A stretch of 64,000 bases of DNA from Balanoglossus misakiensis (taxonomy: Eukaryota > Animalia > Hemichordata): positions 8,499,403 through 8,563,402 of the forward strand of contig CM082587.2 in NCBI GenBank assembly GCA_040954595.2. Reading direction: 5' to 3'. The notes beneath the pieces were generated by a model. It did no database searches. It had not been told where the DNA came from and saw only the letters and a program-made list of their open reading frames with translations. The position numbers and the translations under genes are program-made. This document shows positions 43,074 through 54,410 of the stretch, piece after piece (positions within the stretch are counted from its first letter, which is position 1; each line of letters opens with the position of its first letter).

Positions 43074-44772
43074 TACAGATCTTCTGAGAGTTTTCTATTG
43101 GGATTCGAGTCTGTATACAAGCTTGTTTTCATTTGGAGTATACTATATATTGTATATGTTTGTTAATTCTTATTTGAGCATGCAATTGAATCACAGATAA
43201 TCGTCTTAAAACATTTTTGATCGAATGCAGACCTTGTTTGTCCTAGCTTATTGAGATAACCGACAAAACATGATGCCTCTGCTGATTCATTGGTTTAAAG
43301 TCTGTTTGTCATTTTTGACGCCGCGTTTTGCATGACTGTGTCAGTCCATGCGACTGTTCGTTTCTTCCAATCGTAGACTTTAATTTGTCCTATGGTGGAA
43401 ATCGGCGTTATGGATATATATAGATTGTGAGGTTCCACATTGCTTGTGATGACAATTTAATGTGGCTTTGAACAGCATATTGTGCAGGTAACATGGTTCG
43501 ATACATTCCGGAGATTCACTTTCTCAGTTAAGTTTTGTAGCCAGTAAAATCAAATCGGTTTACATATAATGCATATACAAACTTTGCTTTGACGTATTAT
43601 AGCGTATGGCACTTTTTTTAAACATAAGAGAGTCATGTTTTATTCCTGTTATTTAGCGTTTATAGTGATTTTTATAGCATACGCTGCTGTGTCCTTTGAT
43701 GATTTTACAGCGTCATTTATAGTAAACACTTTTTATCGTCGAAAATTGAATTCACGACAGGAGTAGACTTCACTTATCAAAAATAACAATGACTATTACT
43801 CATATACAGGAGTTATTGAGACACTAAAGACTGTAAATTTCAAGTTACCCAGAGTAGAACAAGAAACCGTAGTTGATACTCTGGAGAACAATAATAATAA
43901 AACAGCCAAAAGCGAGAGTTACTGGCGCTCTAATGCTAAAACAACTCATTGGGAATTCGCAATCGTCATGAAATTTGCTAACGCAAAACGCGACCCTATC
44001 AAAGAGAGAGAGCAGGTTTGTAAAGTATAGCCCTTCACAAGAGCAAAATTGTACAGTATAGCCCTCCCCTATTTCCTCTGACCCACCCCTCATATTAATT
44101 GAAGGCTCCCATACCAGCTTTTCCAAGAAGGCCCCTGGGCCCCTACACCTCTTGTAAATGCAGTCCCTTAATGATTTCTTCAAAATTTATAATGACGACG
44201 ATCCTTCTCATGTACTCGGACTGTTTACCGTAATCTCCACCCCTGGACCACGGTCGCTCGTTACCTGTATCACAAACAACGGGGTTAGAATCCCTGGATT
44301 TCCATTCTCAATGAAGCGAACCTCATGTACTCTGGGCTGTTGCACGTGAATGTTGTTTGATTATGTAATCCGGTTGTTGACCTGTTTGTGCACTACTAAG
44401 TCGGGTTCAAATCGCCACCCGAAATTCCCACAAGATAACAATTATTACCAGATTTCAGGTTTTCTCATCGAATTCATTAACGTTGACTGGAAACGGATGA
44501 TTTCATTTATTACAAGAGCTTGGTTGGGCTTGAGAAAGACCGGTCGCAATTTACGATTCAAAGTTTCTGGAGAACACACCCCCATTTACGAGTGAAAACT
44601 CCCTTATGCGTGCACTGCAACGTGATTTTCAGACACTTATTTGACTGTTTGTAATAAGGGCAAGACATTTATTGGACCGAGTAGGAGACGGAAGGACATT
44701 ACACAGAAGACTGTCCTTACTTGCAGAAAGGCTTTCACTGAATACAACGGCAAACCTCCCCCAAACAGGATA

Positions 44773-47700
44773 ATGGCATCACTTCACAGAACTTTAAGAC
44801 CTCTTTCTCTTGTCTCCAGACTGCGACTGGTAAGTTCATGGTGAATAGCGTAAATGCATGCTACAGCCGCTGTTGTGAGTCCATCCACGATTTATCCGTC
44901 TGTGTGTATTGCTTTTGCTATTAGTCTTTGCGGTGCAAATTTGATCGTTGTGCAAGCTTACACCTACAATCGCACGGTTTGAAAATAGCGCAACTTTCCG
45001 GATATCAGTAGTGACGCGACAACTTAGAAATTCCAGGTGCCACAAAACCAGACTCGACGGATTCCAGTTGACTATCCGTAATACCATATGCATTGAAAAA
45101 AGAACGTACCACGAACATATGTGGTTTAAACAGATGTGCACAACGCATGTTGCGCATGCATGATGTGATACACATATTGCAAACCGGTATACTTGGTTGA
45201 TTTTCAACGGGGAGAGCTTGGGCTAAACACAACACAACACAACACAACACAACACAACACAACACAACACAACACAATAAACACAACACAACACAAAGCA
45301 ACGTCAAATGAATTTATACGACTTAACATATGAAAAAGAAATCGGTGTGATTTAGCAAAATTGTTTTTTGTTTGCCGATGTGTTTGTCTGCAGTATAGTT
45401 AGACCCCTTCAAAGTGCGACTGTTGTTTTGAGATTGATTTGCAAATAAATTACATAATAGTAGACACATCAATACAACGTAACCGTCTGGGTCATTGGCC
45501 TACACAAGGTCACGTCTGTTTGTCTGTTGTCTGGCCACTGCAAAAAATTACTTGTAGATGGGATTATGTTAGTATAGTTGTACAAGATATTCAGATGAGG
45601 TGAAAATGCTAATATAGTAAACTTCTGGAACAGGGAAGCAGCTCGGTGTGGCAGTTTTTTTTTACATTCGATTGAATAAGGAACTTGGAACTAACTACAC
45701 ACATATGCGATGTCATATTGAAGATGGATGGTTAGGTGTTTTCCATGTACCCCTCTCTATGTCAGTGTTGTACAGTCCATCTATGCCACAGAAATATTAC
45801 ATTATGATATCCTTAGAGTTTTCTGTTTGATATGACCCCCTGCTAAAAAAATTACGTAACAAATTCATTTCTCCCTCTTTTGTTGACATTTACATGTCAC
45901 AATTAACCAATATCATATGATGTGTTACTTCTCTTGTTTAGAATTGTACTCGCTAATTTTGATGCCACTTTTTTTCAATATACAGAATGGAGGCCAACCA
46001 AACGTTTTACATGGCGCTTTATACAGTACGAGAACTTCAAGAGACAGTATCAATAAAGAATTGCTACGGGTCGTAAGTCCATTGAAAGATGTAAAGAAGG
46101 GAACGAGCACCTCACAAACTACAAGCAGACCATTGATTACAACTGCAAAGGCAACCGCAACATCAACACCTGTTGAGGATCCTGCAGCTACTGCAGCAAT
46201 GTCTTCGACTTTGATGGGTGCAAGTACAACTGCCACCTTTCAACAAGGGGCAACATCTGAAACAGCTGCAGCTGTTGAAGTCCAAGAAGATGTTTCAGCA
46301 ACAGCAGTACCTGCAGCTGAAACAGCTGAAGCATTATCTGTAGAGGCCGCCGAGGAGGTTGCACCACTCACAGAAATGGCTGAAGAGGCAAGTGGAGAAG
46401 TTGTCGGTGAGGTTGCAGCAACAGCAGAAGCTGCAGCTGAAACAGCTGAAGCATTATCTGTAGAGGCCGCCGAGGAGGTTGCACCACTCACAGAAATGGC
46501 TGAAGAGGCAAGTGGAGAAGTTGTCGGTGAGGTTGCAGCAACAGCAGAAGCTGCAGCTGAAACAGCTGAAGCATTATCTGTAGAGGCCGCTGAGGAGGTT
46601 GCACCACTCACAGAAATGGCTGAAGAGACAAGTGGAGAAGTTGTCGGTGAGGTTGCAGCAACAGCAGAAGCTGCAGCTGAAACAGCTGAAGCATTATTTG
46701 TAGAGGCCGCTGAGGAGGTTGCACCACTCACAGAAATGGCTGAAGAGGCAAGTGGAGAAGTTGTCGGTGAGGTTGCAGCAACAGCAGAAGCTGCAGCTGA
46801 AACAGCTGAAGCATTATCTGTAGAGGCCGCTGAGGAGGTTGCACCACTCACAGAAATGGCTGAAGAGGCAAGTGGAGAAGTTGTCGGTGAGGTTGCAGCA
46901 ACAGCAGAAGCTGCAGCTGAAACAGCTGAAGCATTATCTGCAGAGACCGCTGAGGAGGTTGCACCACTCACAGAAATGGCTGAAGAGACAAGTGGAGAAG
47001 TTGTCGGTGCGGTTGCAGCAACAGCAGAAGCTGCAGCTAAAACAGCTGAAGCATTATCTGTAGAGGCCGCTGAGGAGGTTGCACCACTCACAGAAATGGC
47101 TGAAGAGGCAAGTGGAGAAGTTGTCGGTGAGGTTGCAGCAACAGCAGAAGCTGCAGCTGAAACAGCTGAAGCATTATCTGCAGAGGCCGCTGAGGAGGTT
47201 GCACCACTCACAGAAATGGCTGAAGAGACAAGTGGAGAAGTTGTCGGTGAGGTTGCAGCAACAGCAGAAGCTGCAGCTGAAAAAGCTGAAGCATTATCTG
47301 CAGAGGCCGCTGAGGAGGTTGCACCACTCACAGAAATGGCTGAAGAGGCAAGTGGAGAAGTTGTCGGTGAGGTTGCAGCAACAGCAGAAGCTGCAGCTGA
47401 AACAGCTGAAGCATTATCTGTAGAGGCCGCTGAGGAGGTTGCACCACTCACAGAAATGGCTGAAGAGGCAAGTGGAGAAGTTGTCGGTGAGGTTGCAGCA
47501 ACAGCAGAAGCTGCAGCTGAAACAGCTGAAGCATTATCTGTAGAGGCCGCTGAGGAGGTTGCACCACTCACAGAAATGGCTGAAGAGACGAGTGGAGAAG
47601 TTGTCGGTGAGGTTGCAGCAACAGCAGAAGCTGCAGCTGAAACAGCTGAAGCATTATCTGTAGAGGCCGCTGAGGAGGTTGCACCACTCACAGAAATGGC

Positions 47701-49411
47701 TGAAGAGGCAAGTGGAGAAGTTGTCGGTGAGGTTGCAGCAACAGCAGAAGCTGCAGCTGAAACAGCTGAAGCATTATCTGTAGAGGCCGCTGAGGAGGTT
47801 GCACCACTCACAGAAATGGCTGAAGAGGCAAGTGGAGAAGTTGTCGGTGAGGTTGCAGCAACAGCAGAAGCTGCAGCTGAAACAGCTGAAGCATTATCTG
47901 TAGAGGCCGCTGAGGAGGTTGCACCACTCACAGAAATGGCTGAAGAGGCAAGTGGAGAAGTTGTCGGTGAGGTTGCAGCAACAGCAGAAGCTGCAGCTGA
48001 AACAGCTGAAGCATTATCTGCAGAGGCCGCTGAGGAGGTTGCACCACTCACAGAAATGGCTGAAGAGACAAGTGGAGAAGTTGTCGGTGAGGTTGCAGCA
48101 ACAGCAGAAGCTGCAGCTGAAAAAGCTGAAGCATTATCTGCAGAGGCCGCTGAGGAGGTTGCACCACTCACAGAAATGGCTGAAGAGGCAAGTGGAGAAG
48201 TTGTCGGTGAGGTTGCAGCAACAGCAGAAGCTGCAGCTGAAACAGCTGAAGCATTATCTGTAGAGGCCGCTGAGGAGGTTGCACCACTCACAGAAATGGC
48301 TGAAGAGGCAAGTGGAGAAGTTGTCGGTGAGGTTGCAGCAACAGCAGAAGCTGCAGCTGAAACAGCTGAAGCATTATCTGTAGAGGCCGCTGAGGAGGTT
48401 GCACCACTCACAGAAATGGCTGAAGAGACAAGTGGAGAAGTTGTCGGTGAGGTTGCAGCAACAGCAGAAGCTGCAGCTGAAACAGCTGAAGCATTATCTG
48501 CAGAGGCCGCTGAGGAGGTTGCACCACTCACAGAAATGGCTGAAGAGGCAAGTGGAGAAGTTGTCGGTGAGGTTGCAGCAACAGCAGAAGCTGCAGCTGA
48601 AACAGCTGAAGCATTATCTGTAGAGGCCGCTGAGGAGGTTGCACCACTCACAGAAATGGCTGAAGAGACGAGTGGAGAAGTTGTCGGTGAGGTTGCAGCA
48701 ACAGCAGAAGCTGCAGCTGAAACAGTTGGGGATCCCATAGTTGATTCGGCAAATGCTACTGACGAGACTGCTGCAACAGCAGATACTTTAGGTGAGACAA
48801 GTGAAGCTGATGCGTCTGTTAGAACTGACGGAGACAAAACTTCAACGACCTCTGCACCTGCGGCAAACATGTCTGCTCCTCCAGTTCAGTCCGAAACAAC
48901 AGAATCAACAAAAACAGGACTATTTAGACGTATCCTGAAAAGCATTTTTGGTTCTTAGTCTAGATTAGGTAAAGAAACACAATTTATAAGGAAATTGTAT
49001 TGCGAATTAGCATTTCAAAGCAATGGTTTTTGTTTGGTCTTCGAGTATTGGATTCCAATTCCCAAATTTAATTAAAGCGAAAAAGTATCCCAATACATTG
49101 TCATATTTAGAACGGCAAAATAACGCCATAGTGTACATTGACTTTTTCAGTATATGTTAGTTGTATGTGTACCAAAGAGCATGACTCCCACCAAGCAAGT
49201 GTTGTAATGTGATGTAATTTTTATTTTTACTTTGACAGTTTTTTCAACACCTCACTTAGAGACGCAAGTGGAAGAATATCGGAACGACACATACCAGTCC
49301 AGTTTATATTATACATATCATGATCAGTCATTTTATGACTTTGAGTCCGAACTCATCAAATACAGGGCTGAACAACCTATACCATCCAAGAAATGTGTCA
49401 AAATGCAATGA
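44773..49411 (+). CDS. NDUFV3: NDUFV3-like (complex I flavoprotein 3) gene, copy 1: transit-peptide exon, giant acidic-repeat exon and NDUFV3-domain exon
   Basis: Exon 1, 44773-44829: MASLHRTLRPLSLVSRLRL, then CTG|GTAAGT. Exon 2 starts at 45986 (TACAG|AAT) and stays open to TAG 48956-48958, with donor AG|GTAAAG at 48968. Exon 3, 49239-49411: VFSTPHLETQVEEYRNDTYQSSLYYTYHDQSFYDFESELIKYRAEQPIPSKKCVKMQ*, matching the NDUFV3 motif (human [36 protein letters not shown]). Confidence 0.72.
45226..45296. repeat. (CACAA)n pentanucleotide microsatellite
   Basis: Read directly from the sequence. Confidence 0.92.
46291..48726 (+). repeat. Coding minisatellite: ~20 copies of a 120-bp unit (40 aa EVAATAEAAAETAEALSVEAAEEVAPLTEMAEEASGEVVG)
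   Basis: Sequence lines recur with exact 120-bp periodicity. There are a few substitutions and no indels or in-frame stops. Confidence 0.98.
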
Positions 49412-49749
49412 ACGCTTTGTGTTTACGAACAAAGTGGTAAGGACTTCAGTTGACATTGAAAAGAACATTCTGATTCACAATCAGATATTCAGTTAAGATT
49501 AACTGCAAATACTAAACGTTTTAGTAGGTGTTGTAGTTATTTCCCATTTGAACACTGCGAAAAAATGAAGTTTATTCCAAATGTACTTTGTACTACCTTT
49601 TCTAGAACTGTGTTTAAGAGAGGCTTTAAACTGTGAGATTTAAAACTTACTAGGACCTGGAACATCAAAGCTGATCGCTAGCCATCTCAAATAAATGTAA
49701 AATATTACCGGAACCAGATGCATTTTCGCAGAGTGACAATGGAAAGGAG

Positions 49750-51057
49750 TCCAAAACCGATTTGATCATGAAGTGAATTACTATGATGTTTGAACTGACA
49801 CAGACACCAGGAAAACCAGGGCTGAAAGCTGTCAACCTTCAGCAAATGTACAATCCATCAAATGTACAATCAAATGGGAACAGGAAAAATCAATGAAAAC
49901 AGACTATCCTCCGCAATTGCAACTACACCAAAATTCAACAGCTTAGCTTGCAGAGCTGAGCTTTCCTTATCCTCGACTGTCGATGTTCCTGACGAATTTG
50001 AAACCAAATCACAATATGTGTACAAAGCCATCGGTAAAAAACAGAAAAAAAGAAAAGACTTTGAATGTATTCGTTGCATGTTCACTGCACATTGATATGT
50101 AATACGTTTTCATTGTGCCAAATTTGAAATAAATATATTCTTTTGTTATGTAATAATGGTTCTGGTCATGGATTTGTTGACGTTAAAACAATTACTGGCG
50201 CTATATAGCACTCATTTAAGATCAAACTACAAAGAATGATTTCAAAGTACTAAGCGTGTACCATCGTCAAATCCCCAACACGATACTTCGCCTGTAAAAA
50301 CACACGAATGAAATTGTTCTACAAAATCATATAATAGATAAGAACGGTCCCTTACATTGCACACGCTTTCCGGCGAAAAGAAGGACATAACGTTCGGTGA
50401 GAATTAGAAGATGGAGCGCATATGCGTAGTTTGAACTGTCAGAGACAGACTTTGATAGATCGAGCGGCTTCGCCTTGAAGTTGTGCGCGTAGGGCCTAAG
50501 TACTGGAATTGCTGGACGTCTCCAGACAGCGGAATTGAACGCGTCATGGAAATTCAAGTGTAGGGATGCGAGAATGTTGTATTTCGCTTTTATCAGTTCA
50601 CGTCTTGTGATGAGGTATCGAGAGCCTCGATCTTGTCATCGTTCTCTTCAAATGATGCGATGATATTCTCTGCCTTGTTGAGAAGTCTTGTCATGGATCC
50701 GCGATGACCCCTGCATGTGCCTTTCAGTCTGGTGGTAAGCGGGTTTGCTCCTGGGCCAGTTTGAGCGGGTGCTCCTGTTCCTCTGGTTCTGTCATCATCC
50801 TGGTCTTGGCACCAAAAATGCAGGAGCGAGACGCAGCTGTACGACCTTTGAACAACTTTATTCAACGTCCCTGGCAAAACTGGTTACACAAGCACAAAAC
50901 CGCCAGCAAAAAGTAACAAATTTCGTTTTGTTCGGACACATCTTTGGACAATTACCCGGTAACTCTGATTGGGCGAAAATACTCTGCTCTGATTGGCTCA
51001 AAGTTTCAGAGCTGTGATCCGCACGCAAAAGGTCTTATGGTCAGAGTTTTATCGACA
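49750..51057 (-). mobile_element. Decayed BEL/Pao LTR retrotransposon 5' fragment (LTR, tRNA-His-type PBS, degenerate gag); left boundary approximate
   Basis: Minus strand: a putative LTR at 51057-50819 runs TGTCGATAAAA...AATAAA...CTGCA. The PBS TGGTGCCAAGACCAGGAT follows at 50814-50797. Gag-like peptides: RLKGTCRGHRGSMTRLLNKAE and the DUF1759-like FHDAFNSAV...SNYAYALHLL..ERY, frameshifted. Confidence 0.72.
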
Positions 51058-51794
51058 GTTCATCTCCGATATGGGTTGCTAAACTGCGACGAATGTTTTT
51101 TTTATGAACACAAAAATGGTTTTCGTGATTGTGCAACACTTTGCTTGCCATACCTGATACCCATTTGCATAGTAGGGCCTACTGGGTTATTACATTGTAT
51201 ATGAAAACGGTATTTGTTGCACATTTTGGTAGACTATTTAGCTCTTTTATGAAGAATTTATTTTATAAATAAGAGGTATCTACGTAAAAATTGACAAACG
51301 GGTAGGAAATGACAAAATAAGGGCGATAACATTATTGGCTCTACAGTTTCGATGTCCGCTGACCTTAATCAGGTCATGGGATTGATTCAGGGTCACGAAG
51401 GGCCTCGGCGTAAACGTAAACAAGGGTAGTTAGCCAATGCTTCGGATTCACATTGCATTTATTTGTTCAAACGAATGACAACATATCTTAGAACTTACGA
51501 ACGTTAACATCGTTTTGTTTTGTAACTAAAATGACCGTTTGTTGTTAAATCAATATTATAAGGGGATTTTATAAATTGTTACCTCCGAATTGAATCGCCT
51601 GGACCACGTTTGATGGAAGAGTGGATATTAGATTCTGTGAATACGATTCTTTTCCTGGTCTCAATTTGAACGAGGTCGTTGGAAGGTCAGGTTGACGTGA
51701 TTCGGATGTAAACATCGGTAGAAAACCAGGCAACGAAAAGCTATCCTGCAAGCTATCCAGCGTTAAGACTGAGACGGTAAATCCGGCAGCAATT

Positions 51795-54410
51795 ATGCAG
51801 AGATCATTGAGACCAATATTTCGTGTCACAGGGTTACAACTGGTAAGACGGGCCAGTTCAGTAGCCCGAGGTTTTGCCTTGGTTTGTGTCAGTTTACCAG
51901 TGTGTTCGTGTAACCATGGAGGTACTGGTCTAACACACAAACCAAGTCTGGTTTTGTCGTCTAACATACAAACCAAGGCAAAACCTCGGGCTACTGAACT
52001 GCAGCTAGGCAAATATTTGCTTTGTTGACGTTTAATTTCCTACAACTTCAAATCGGCAGCCTTGAGACACCATTTGTCCTCGCACTTGCAGTCTTGGAAC
52101 GTGTGATAATAATAACAGACCTCCCTAAAATGATTGGGAGTCATTAGGCATGACCATAATAAAAGCGAGCCCAATTGAATATTTCTTTCATAGTCAGTGT
52201 ATTATTTCGCTGTGTGTTTTTCTTGCGACCCTGGCCGCGAGATAATGACCTTGGACCTCAGTAGCTGCAATGATTGTAGCGGGTGCTGCTTGGTTGACTG
52301 GTGTGCAGCACCCGCTACAATCATTGCAGCTAGCTGTAGTTGTGCTGTTGTTGGGAGTACATCAGCAACAGATATTTAGCTATTATTTTTCACAATGCCA
52401 TTGATACACATATGTTGTACTGGACATGTTTAATATATCTGACTCTAATTCAAGGCAGAGTCCTTTTACAGCATGTGAGAACATGACAGCCATCACAAAA
52501 AAATACAATGAATTTTTTTTCTAGGAAAAAATGTTTTGTTCACAAAAAATGCAATGTGATTCAAAATAAAATGTCAGAATATATTCATTAATTTCCCTTG
52601 TCTTGAAAGTTGGGAATGGAACATGTACACTTGCTGTAATTTGCTTGTGTTCGTAGACTGGTCAGCAATATGGTTGGAATGTTGCAAATTATGGTCAGCA
52701 ATTTGGTTGGAATACTGCAAATTATGGCAGTGAATCCTCTGGAGGCAGTTCAAGTGAGAAAACACCAGCCAAGTCTGTAGGTGCAGCCAAACCAAGAGGT
52801 GAGAAGATTAAAAAAAAAGCGATTGCTATAACTAATATTTATGGCGTTCACACAGGGACCATAGAAATATTACTGAAACATGTCAGCTCAAATACTGGCA
52901 TGAAATACTGTAAAACACTTTATTTTTGCGATATCGAGAGAGGCCACTGTTTCGCGAGTATTAATTTTCGCGTTCTCTTATTTCATTCACTGCATCGTTA
53001 TCTTCAAAAACAATTTACGCGACTTTTTATTTTCACGCTATTTTGGCTCTTACGTATTTGGCAAAAATTAATTGCTCGCGAAAATAAAGTGTTTTACAGT
53101 ATTACGTGTTAAGCTGGTGTAAAGGATTGATACCTCTCCACAAGCCGCTGTCTATGGGACCGAGTACCAGGGTCTATGCTTTCACTTTCTGTGTGTGAGG
53201 ACACAAAACGACTCAATGGATTAATCCTCTGTGTTTACAAAAGACAAAAAGTGTCTCTGAAACATTTCTAGTTCTACCCAGTGTGAACATGGTAATTGTG
53301 GGAAACTATACTCTGCTCTTAGAATCAGAACATATCAATGCAGCTTTGAAGCCAAACATTGCATGCAAAGCAACCATCTCTGCCTGCCTGCTTGCTTGCT
53401 TGCTAAGCCTTGCTGTTGCATACAACTTGCATATCCAACAAAGCTTGCCTGTAAAACATGCCTGTTAATAGTGCAAGTCATACTGTTACAACCACACAGT
53501 ATAATTGCTCCTACCGCTACCAAGAAGTGTAACGCTGTTCAATTTTAAAAGCTGTCTTCATTGCTGCAATTTTCTATTTTCTTTTGGCTTGTTTATGCAT
53601 GCCTTACAACAAGCTTGCCTTTGAAACTGTTAGATGTCAGTGAGGAATCGTGCCTTGCTTGGAACCACACGATGTAACAGACAAGTCTGCATGCTGCTGT
53701 TGTACTCTGCAAGGTCTGCTCTGCTAAATGCTTCTGCTGCCAAATGAGCTGCACTGCCCACTGCACTGCAACTTGAATACATTGCAGAATCTTACTATTC
53801 ACGCTGTTGCATCCAAAGCAGACATTGAAACATCAGGTGTGTACCGGTACTCATAATATGAGACATTAAGTTTCTGTGATATAGTGAAGAAGTGTGAATA
53901 AAATTTGAAGCTCATTTTATAACTTTTAAGTTATTTACGTAACTGTTGGTTTGTACAACTCAAAACATTCCCAGTCACTTTTGTTCACAGTTTAGTATTG
54001 CAAAAATGTATCTGATCAAGGCAATGGATGTGGATTGTTATCTATCTAATATGCATATGCCAGTATTTTAATCTTGTACCGCCAAAGCTGAAATCATTAA
54101 CCAATAAGTATGGCCACTTAACTTAAATTGTCCATGGACATATCATTTACTTTTTGTTTGTGAGTTTCTGTAAACAAAGACTGTACTTACTTTTGCCTTA
54201 TCTTTGATTTTGGCAGCGGTGACATCACCACCAGTTCCGCCAGTGAAAGCTGTGATGTCACCTACAGGGGAGACTCCAGTGACTGAATTCCGGAATGACA
54301 CATACCAGTCCAGTTTATATTATACATACAATGAACGGTCGTTTTATGATTTGGAGTCTGAACTCATCAGACACAGAGCTAAGCAACCTACACCATCCAA
54401 GAAATACTGA
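51795..54410 (+). CDS. NDUFV3: NDUFV3-like gene, copy 2 (short form); middle exon uncertain
   Basis: Exon 1, 51795-51842: MQRSLRPIFRVTGLQL, then CTG|GTAAGA, paralogous to exon 1 of copy 1. Candidate middle exon 53788-53836 (phase 0 to 1). Last exon 54217-54410: ...TEFRNDTYQSSLYYTYNERSFYDLESELIRHRAKQPTPSKKY*. Confidence 0.75.
51854..52001. repeat. Inverted repeat with a 34-bp perfect stem, starting 12 nt into intron 1 of NDUFV3 copy 2
   Basis: cagttcagtagcccgaggttttgccttggtttgt pairs with acaaaccaaggcaaaacctcgggctactgaactg. Confidence 0.9.
52262..52332. repeat. Perfect hairpin: 28-bp stem, 15-nt loop
   Basis: tagctgcaatgattgtagcgggtgctgc - ttggttgactggtgt - gcagcacccgctacaatcattgcagcta. Confidence 0.92.
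52660..52728. repeat. 33-bp imperfect tandem duplication
   Basis: ggtcagcaatatggttggaatgttgcaaattat followed by ggtcagcaatttggttggaatactgcaaattat. Confidence 0.75.
52906..53101. mobile_element. TA-flanked Tc1/mariner-type MITE
   Basis: TA-ctgtaaaacactttatttttgcga ... tcgcgaaaataaagtgttttacag-TA. Confidence 0.8.

Noticed and set aside
46291-48726. Regularly spaced repeats as a CRISPR array
   Set aside because: There are no unique spacers and no cas genes; it is a eukaryotic coding minisatellite.
46240-48870. 876-aa antisense Ser/Ala ORF and short +strand Q/L/K-rich ORFs over the array
   Set aside because: A repeat unit with no stop in a given frame propagates an open frame. The dominance of GNN codons explains the antisense openness, and only the E/A frame connects to spliced exons.
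48930-49238. U12-type intron starting GTATCCTG
   Set aside because: The donor resembles U12, but no TCCTTAAC branch site is correctly placed before the acceptor. It is kept only as a weak alternative donor.
51569-52028. ORFs with the mirrored peptides SSVARGFALVC and QTKAKPRATEL on both strands
   Set aside because: They are produced by the 51854-52001 inverted repeat; only the first 16 codons of the + ORF are exonic.
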